Part shown: in pieces, positions 47,875 to 64,000 of the stretch
How the letters are laid out: each line of letters opens with the position of its first letter
Position numbering within the stretch: the stretch's first letter is position 1
From: the human T2T-CHM13v2.0 reference genome, Homo sapiens
Length of the DNA stretch: 64,000 nucleotides
Assembly (NCBI RefSeq): GCF_009914755.1
Contig: NC_060935.1
Strand: one strand, 5' to 3'
Notes under the pieces: model-generated
What the model was told of the DNA's origin: nothing
The model's input: the letters and a program-made list of their open reading frames with translations, nothing else
Database searches by the model: none
Made by a program: the position numbers and the translations under genes

Positions 47875-49699
47875 AATTAGCGATGGTGCCGGGAAAAGAA
47901 TGAGTGTCTATGGGTAAGGCTGGCACAGATATTTAAGTTGAAAACTATTCTAAACACCAGCATTAGATTTTCAAAAATCATTTTGGAACACCTCTGCTTT
48001 GCTTTGAGTGGTACTCAGAGGAGATCTGAGAGTTTGAAACTATACTTCTCCTTGACTGACAGTGTCTTAGTGTTAAGTAGTTGGGAGGATGTGTCATCGG
48101 TGGTTCATTTATAAAAGTGAATTAGAATATGCATGAGTGCAAATTCTTTAATATGTTGCTTTTTTTTTTTTTTTTCCTGCCAGGAAAGTGCTACCTTTCA
48201 GGAGTTCTGCTTCAAAAGAGTTTCTAAAGGAAGAATAGATAGTATCTTTCAAGTAGCTTGTTTTATGTAACAAGATAGAACAAAGGCTAATGTAGCTGCT
48301 TCCAGGGGAAGATTCAGGAATTTAGCACCTGTTTGCATTCTAGGCTTTGAGCTACATGTTGTGGAAGACCTAGATGAATAAGGTAAAGATCTCAGCCTCA
48401 ACTACGTTACAGTTCAGAAGGGCAAATATGACCTCTGGCACCCTAATTCAGAATAAAAGAGAACTGGCTTGCCGTCAAGTGTGGATAAAGTCTTAAGAGT
48501 GTTCAAGAAAGAAATTTCTTACTGGATGACCTGGGAAATGGTCTTTGGGGGAGGTGGCACCTGAACAGACCTTGGAAGATGTACAGGAGTTAAATATGTG
48601 GTTTCTTTTTCATAGGAACACTGCCCATGTGTAACCATTTTCACAAAACCGTGCTTGAGGTTTGAGCTATAGCTGTTAATGCTCAGAAAATCTGAGTAAG
48701 ATGGAATTACCCAAAGGGTTTGTTAAATGCCGATCTTCCAGATTTCCTGCCACCCACTGTTGCCCAAGTCTGAATTGTTTTTTCTGTTGATTGGATGAGC
48801 CTAGTCACTAATTACCTCAGGGAGCATTTACTAGTCAACCTTACTTTGAGTGGAGTGATTTAGTATAACTTTGCATTTAATCAATTAGCCGAGTGATTCA
48901 ATTCACATACCAGTGTCTCCCAAATAGAAGTGTTTTTGCTCTTGCCAAATAAAAGCTCAAGCTAGCCGTGAGAGTGGAGTGGTTTTTCAAATCTCTCTCT
49001 GGGGCAAATTAACACCTGCACTGGCTTATTCTGGAAAATCATTAAATGGCTTTGTGATTATCGTAGAGCAAATAAACTGTGTTTATTCTCCAAATCTGTC
49101 CACTTCTACCGTCTGCACTAAAATCTCTTCTCTCAGTCATGCTCCTTCTGCCATCAAATAGTACATTAAGGAAAGCAGAGATGGAGAGAGACAGCAGAGA
49201 ATGCAAAATCATAAGAATTATTTTAGAAACTATTTAGCTATATGGGCCAATTTCATCTGAACAAATTAACCTTGGGCAAATTGCTTCATCTCTTAAATGT
49301 GTTGCCTCTTCAGACATTGAATAATAATGATAATGTCCAAGGTAGAAGATATTTTTAAGGATTAATTTAGATAACTTAAATTCATGGTGTGAGAAAAAGA
49401 CATTCATATTAAAATTTCTTTCAATAGTTTTTGGGGAACAGGTGGTTTTTGGTTACATGGATAAGTTATTTAGTGGTGCTTTCTGAGATTTTGGTGCACC
49501 CATGACCTGGGTAGTGTACACTGTACCTAATGTGTAGCTTTTTAATCCCTCACCCCATTCCTACCCTTCCCCACAAGTCCCCGAAGTCCATTATATTATT
49601 CTTTTCCTTTGCATTCTCATAGCATAGCTCCCACTTATAAGTTATACAATATTTGGTTTTCCATTCCTGAGTTACTTCATTTAGAATAACGGTCTCCAA

Positions 49700-50013
49700 A
49701 CTGGGCGTGGTGGCTCATGCCTGTAATCCCAGTACTTTGGGAGGCCGAGGTGGGCAGATCACCTGAGGTCAGGAGTTTGAGACCAGCCTGGCCAACATGG
49801 TGAAACCCTGTCTCTACTAAAAATACAAAAATTAGCTGGGCATGGTGGCGCACTTCTGTAGCCCTAGCTACTCGGGAGGTTGAGGCAGGAGAATTGCTTG
49901 AACCCAGGAGGCGGAGGTTGTAGATAGTGGAGATCGTACCACTGTACTCCAGCCTGGGCAACAGAGCAAGACTCTGTCTCAAAAACAAACAAAAAAAACA
50001 AAACAAACAAAAA
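49700..50013 (+). mobile_element. AluSx-like
   Basis: TSD agaataacggtctccaa at 49683-49699 and 50014-50030. Confidence 0.95.
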
Positions 50014-50050
50014 AGAATAACGGTCTCCAACTCCATCCATGTTGCTGTGA

Positions 50051-50421
<371 letters not shown>

Positions 50422-50962
50422 ACACATTTTCTTTATCTACTCATTGGTAGATGGGCATTTAGGCTGGCTCCATATTTTTGCAATTGCTGATTGCGCTGCT
50501 ATAAACATGCATGTGCAAGTTTCTTTTTTATATAATGACTTTTCCTCTGGGTAGATACCCAATAGTGGAATTGCTGGATCAAATGGTAGTTCTACTTTAG
50601 TTCTTTAAGGAATCTCCATACTGTTTTCCATAGTGGTTGTACTGGTTTACATTCTTACCAGCAGTGTAAAAGTGTTCCCTTTTTTATCACATCCATGCCA
50701 ACACCTATAATTTTTTAGTTTTTAAACTATGGCCATTCTTGCAGGAGTAAGGTGGTATCTCATTGTGGTTTTAATTTTCATTTCCCTGATAATTAGGGAC
50801 GTAGAACTTTTTTTTTATAAAATGATGCTTTCATTATCAGTCAACATAGTCCTTGACAAAGCAAGCTTCATTACAGAACTGTTTTTAGAAAAAACAAAAA
50901 CAAAAACAAAACAGAGCTTAAAAAACAAAATATATGTTAAATGGATAATATGTATTTCAATA

Positions 50963-51274
<312 letters not shown>

Positions 51275-51283
51275 TCAATAAAA

Positions 51284-59241
<7,958 letters not shown>

Positions 59242-59574
59242 TGAACATTTTTTTTTTAATGTTTTTTGGCCATTTGTATATCTTCTTTTGAGAATTGTCT
59301 ATTCATGTCCTTTGCTTACTTTTTGATGGTATTATTTGCTTTTTTTCTTGCTGATTTGCTTGAGTTCCTTGTAGAGTCTGGATATTAGTTCTTTGTCAGA
59401 TGCATAATTTGTGAATATTTTCTCCCACTCTTTTGGTTGTCTGTTTACTCTGCTGGTTATTTCTTTTGCTGTGCAGAAGTTTTTTAGTTTAATTAGGTCC
59501 CATCCATTTATTTTTTGTTGCATTTGCTTTCAGATTCTTGGTCATGAAGTCCATGTCTAAGCGAATGTCTGGAA

Positions 59575-59887
59575 CAGTGGTCCGCAAACTTTTTGGCACC
59601 AGGGACCAGTTGCATGGAAGACAATATTTCCATGGACTGTGGTGGGGGCAGGCGATGGTTTCAGGATGAAGCTGTTTCACCTCAGATCATCAGGCATTAG
59701 ATTCTTAAAAGGAGCACACAACCTAGATTCCTTGCATGCACAGTTCACAATAGGGGTCATGCTCCTATGAGAATCTAATGCTGCTGCTGATCTGATAGGT
59801 GGCAGAACTCAGGTGGTAATGCTTGCTTCTTTACTGCTCACCTGCTGCTGTGTGGCCCGGTTCCTGACAAGGGGTTGGGGACCCCTT
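59575..59887. mobile_element. MER1B-like hAT-Charlie element in the L1PB
   Basis: cagtggtccgcaaactttttggcaccagggacc...ggggttggggacccct; 8-bp TSD gtctggaa/gtctcgaa. Confidence 0.88.
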
Positions 59888-61205
59888 GTCTCGAAGAGTT
59901 TTTCTGATGTTATCTTCTAGAATTTTTATGGTTTCCGGTCTTAGATTTAAGTCTGACCCATCTTGAGTTGATTTTTGTCTAAGGAGAGAGACGAGGATCC
60001 AGTTTCATTATTCGACCTGGGGCTTGCCAATTATCCCAGCACCATTTGTTTAATAGGGTATTCTTTCCCTACTTTGTATTTTTGTTTGCTTTGTTGAAGA
60101 TTAGTTGGCTGTAAGTATTTGGCTTTAATTTCTGGGTTCTCTATTCTGTTCCATTGGTCTATGTGACTATTTTTATACCAGTACCATGCTGTTTTGTTAA
60201 CTATAGCCTTGTAGTACAATTTGAAGTTGAGTAATGTGATGCCTTCAAATTTGTTCTTTTTGTTTAGTCTTGCTTTGGCTGCATGGAGTATTTCTTGGTT
60301 CCATAGGAATTTTAGGATTCTTTTTTCTAGTTCTGTGAAGAATTTTGATGGTATTTTGATGGGAATTGCATTGCATCTGTAGATTGCTTTTGGCACTAAG
60401 GTCATTTTCACAATATTGATTCTACCCATCCGTAAGTGTGGGATGTATTTCCACTTGTTTGTGTCATCAATAATTTCTTTCAATAGTGTTTTGTAGTTTT
60501 CCTCATATAGATTTTTCACGTCCTTGGTTAGGTATATTATTAATATTTTATTATTATTCTTATTTTTTGCAGCTGATGTAAAAGGGATTGAGTTCTTGAT
60601 TTGATTCTCAGCTTTGTCATTGTTGGTGTATGTCAGTGCTACTGATTTGTGTACATTGATTTTGTATCCTGAATCTTTACTGAATTCATTTGTCAGATTT
60701 AGGAGCTTTTTGGATGAGTATTTAGGGTTCCCTAGATATACGATCATATCTTCAGTGAACAGCAACAGTTTGTCTTCCACTTTACAGATTTGGATGCCGT
60801 TTATTTCTTTCTCTTGTCTGATTGCTCTGGCTAGGACTTCCAGTACTATGTTGCATAGAAGTGGTGAAAGTGAATATCCTTGTCTTGTTCCAGATCTCAG
60901 GGGAAATGCTTTCAACTTTTCTCCCATTCAGTATAATGTAGGTGGTGGGTTTGTCATAGAAGGCTTTTATTACCTTGAGGTATGTCCCTTCTATGCCAGT
61001 TTCGCTGAGGTTTTTAATCATAAAGTGATGCTAGATTTTGTCAAATGCTTTTTCTGCATGTATTCAGATGATCATATATTTGTTTCTAATTGTCTGTGTG
61101 ATGTAGCACATTTGTTGACTTGCGTATGTTAAACCATCCCTCCATCCCTGGTATGAAACCCACTAGAACATGGTGTGATATCTTTTTGATATGCTGTTGG
61201 ATTCA

Positions 61206-61319
<114 letters not shown>

Positions 61320-64000
61320 TCACAGAATGATTTAGGGAGAATGCCATCCTTTGGAATAGTTTTAGTAAGATTAATATTAATTCTTCTTTGAATGTTTGAT
61401 AGAGTTTAGCTGTGAATGCGTCTGGTCCTGGAGTGTTTTTTGTTGGCAGTTTTTTTTTAATTACTGTTTCAATCTTGCTACTTGTTATTGGTCTCTTCAG
61501 TTTCTATTTCTTCCTGATTTAATCTAGGAGGGTTGGATTTTATCCATCTCCTCTAGATTTTCTAGTTTGTGTGAGCAAAGGTGTTCACAGTAGCCTTGAA
61601 TGATCTTTTGAATTTCTATGGTGTCAGTTGTAATATCTCCTGTTTCATTTCTAATTGAGCTTATTTGGATCTTCTCTCTTCTTTTCTTGGTTAACCTTAC
61701 TAATGGTTTCTTTATTGTGTTTATCTTTTCAAAGAATCAGCTTTTTGTTTTATTTATTTTTTTTGTATTTTTTTGTTTCAATTTGTTTTAGTTCTACTCT
61801 GATCTTTGTTATTTATTTTCTTTTTCTGAGTTTAGGTTTGGTTTGTTCTTGTTTCTCTAGTTCCCTGGGGTGTGACCTTAGATATTCTATTTGTGCTCCT
61901 GCAGACTTTTTGATGTAGGCATTTAATGCTATGAACTTTCCTCCTAGAACCACTTTTGCTGTATCCCAGAGGTTTTGAAAAGTTGTGTCCCTATTATGAG
62001 CTTTTTCCACCCCTTTACCTTTAGTTAGTGTGAGTCCTTAGGTGTTAGATGAGTCTCTCAAACAGTGGATACTTGGTTGGTAGATTTTTATTCATTCTGT
62101 CATTCTGTATTTTTTAAGTCAAGCATTTAGGCCATTCAATTCAATGTTAGTTTTGAGATGTGAGGTACTGTTCTATTCATCATGTTGTTGCCTAAGTACC
62201 TTGTATTTTTTTCTCATTGTGTTATTGTTTTATAGGTCCTGTGAGATTTATGTTTCACGGAGGTTCTATTTTGGTGTATTTTGAGGTTTTATTTCAAGAT
62301 TTAGAACTCCTTTTAGCATTTCTTGTAGTGCTGGCTTGGTACTGGCAAATTCTCTAAGCAATTTTTTTTTTGTCTGAAAAAGACTTTATCTCTTCTTCAT
62401 TTATGAAGCTTAGTTTTGCTGGAAAATTCTTGGCTGATAATTATTTTTTTTCAGGAGACTAAAGATAGGACCCCAACCCCTTTTGGCTTGAAAAGTTTCT
62501 GCTAAGAAATCAGCTGTTAATCTGATAGGTTTTCCTTTATAGGTTACTTGATGCTTTTGTCTCACAGCTCTTAAAATTCTTTACTTCATCTTGACTTTAG
62601 ATAACCTGATGACTGTGTGCGTAGGTGAAGATCATTTTGCAATGAATTTCCCAAGTGTTCTTTGAGCTTCTTGTCTAAATTTCTAGATCTTTAGTAAGAT
62701 GCCTAGATCTAGATGTCTAGATCTTTAGTTCTTTGAGCTTCTTGTCTAGCTGTCTAGATCTTTAGTAAGGCCAGTGAGGTTTTCCTCAATTATTCCCTCA
62801 AATATGTGTTCCAAACTTTTAGATTTTTCTTTCTCCTCAGGAGCACCAATTATTCTTAGATTTGGTCATATAACATATTCCCATATATTTTGGAGGCTTT
62901 GTTAATTTTTTAAAAATTCTTTTTTCTTTGTTTTTATCTGATTGGGTTAATTCAAAAGCCTTGTCTTTGAGCTCTGAAGATCTTTCTTCTACTTGTTCTA
63001 GTCTATTGTTGAAACTTTCCCTTGTGTTTTGTATTTCTTTAAGTGTGTCTTTCATTTCCAGAAATTATAATTTTTTTTATGGTATCTATTTCTCTGGATA
63101 ATTTTTCATCCATAGCCTGCATTGTTTTTTAAAATTTCTTTAACTTGGTTTTCACCTTTCTCTGGCATCTCCTTGAGTAGCTTAATAATCAACCTTCTGA
63201 ACTTTGAGTAGCTTAATAATCAACCTTCTGAATTTATCTGACAATTCAGATTTCTTCTTGGTTTGGATCCATTGCTGGGGAGCTAGTGTGATCTTTTGGG
63301 GGTGTTATAGAACCTGTTTTGTCATGTTATCAGAATTACTTTTTTGGTTCCTTCTCTTTTGGGTAGAGTAATCCAGTAGAGAGGTCTGCAACTAAAGGCC
63401 TGCTGTTCAGATTCTCTTGTCCCATGGGGTGATCCCTTGATGTGGTGCTCTCCCACTTTCACTACGGATGGGGCTTACTGAGAGCTAGACTACAGTGATT
63501 GTTATTGCTCTTCGGGTTTTAGCCATCCAGTGGGGCTACCAGGCTCTAGGCTGGTGCTGGAGAATGTTTGCAACAAGTCCTGTGATATGATCCATCTTCA
63601 GGTCTCCCAGCTGTGGATACCAGCACCTGCTCTGGTGGAGGTGGCAGGGGAGTAAAATAGACTCTATGGGAGTCCTTGGTTGTAAATATGTTTAGTGTGC
63701 TTACTTTCTCGAATGCTAGTTAACAGTGAAGCTGTCACATGGACAGACAGGACCTCTGGTTAGCTAGGATGTTGCAGGCAGTGGAATTACCTGTTGTTTT
63801 CTCTTTCCTGGGAGCAGGATTATTCCATCATGAGTTGCTTTAATGGCCTGAGTTGGTTGGCCTCCAGCCAGGAGGTGGCGCTTTCAAGAGAGCATCAGCT
63901 GTGGTAGTAGGGGGATATAAGCTTGCCCTAAGTTGACCAGGGTAAGTATTCTGGTTTCTCAGGTGATTGATGGGCAGGTCTACAAAGCTCCGGAGTGTCT

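Overview
Human (primate) genomic DNA, recognisable as the SLC6A5-NELL1 locus (11p15). The + strand carries the last two coding exons and long 3' UTR of SLC6A5 (GlyT2), about 10 kb of intergenic ancient repeats, then the CpG-island promoter, exon 1 and exon 2 of NELL1. A candidate 84-nt in-frame cassette exon with a GC donor lies between those two exons. The rest is NELL1 intron 2, and from about 37 kb onward it is mostly nested retroelements. One nest is a MER57 provirus remnant containing an old L1PA13-16 that contains an L1PA2/3. The other is an L1PB containing a full-length L1PA4/5 that contains an inverted L1PA3. I found no new protein-coding system; nearly all ORF-track entries are noise or decayed L1 ORFs. 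The main signals are: (1) three neighbouring young L1s share interleaved non-consensus variants, suggesting local gene conversion; (2) the full-length L1 has a probable 3' transduction; (3) an L1 antisense-promoter/ORF0 exon has a splice donor in phase with the next NELL1 exon; (4) a MIR-region inverted repeat has mismatches that are almost all G-U wobbles on the NELL1 sense strand; (5) an ERV internal region is strongly C-depleted, as if APOBEC3-hypermutated. Repeat subfamily names and consensus comparisons are from memory and need RepeatMasker/Dfam confirmation.
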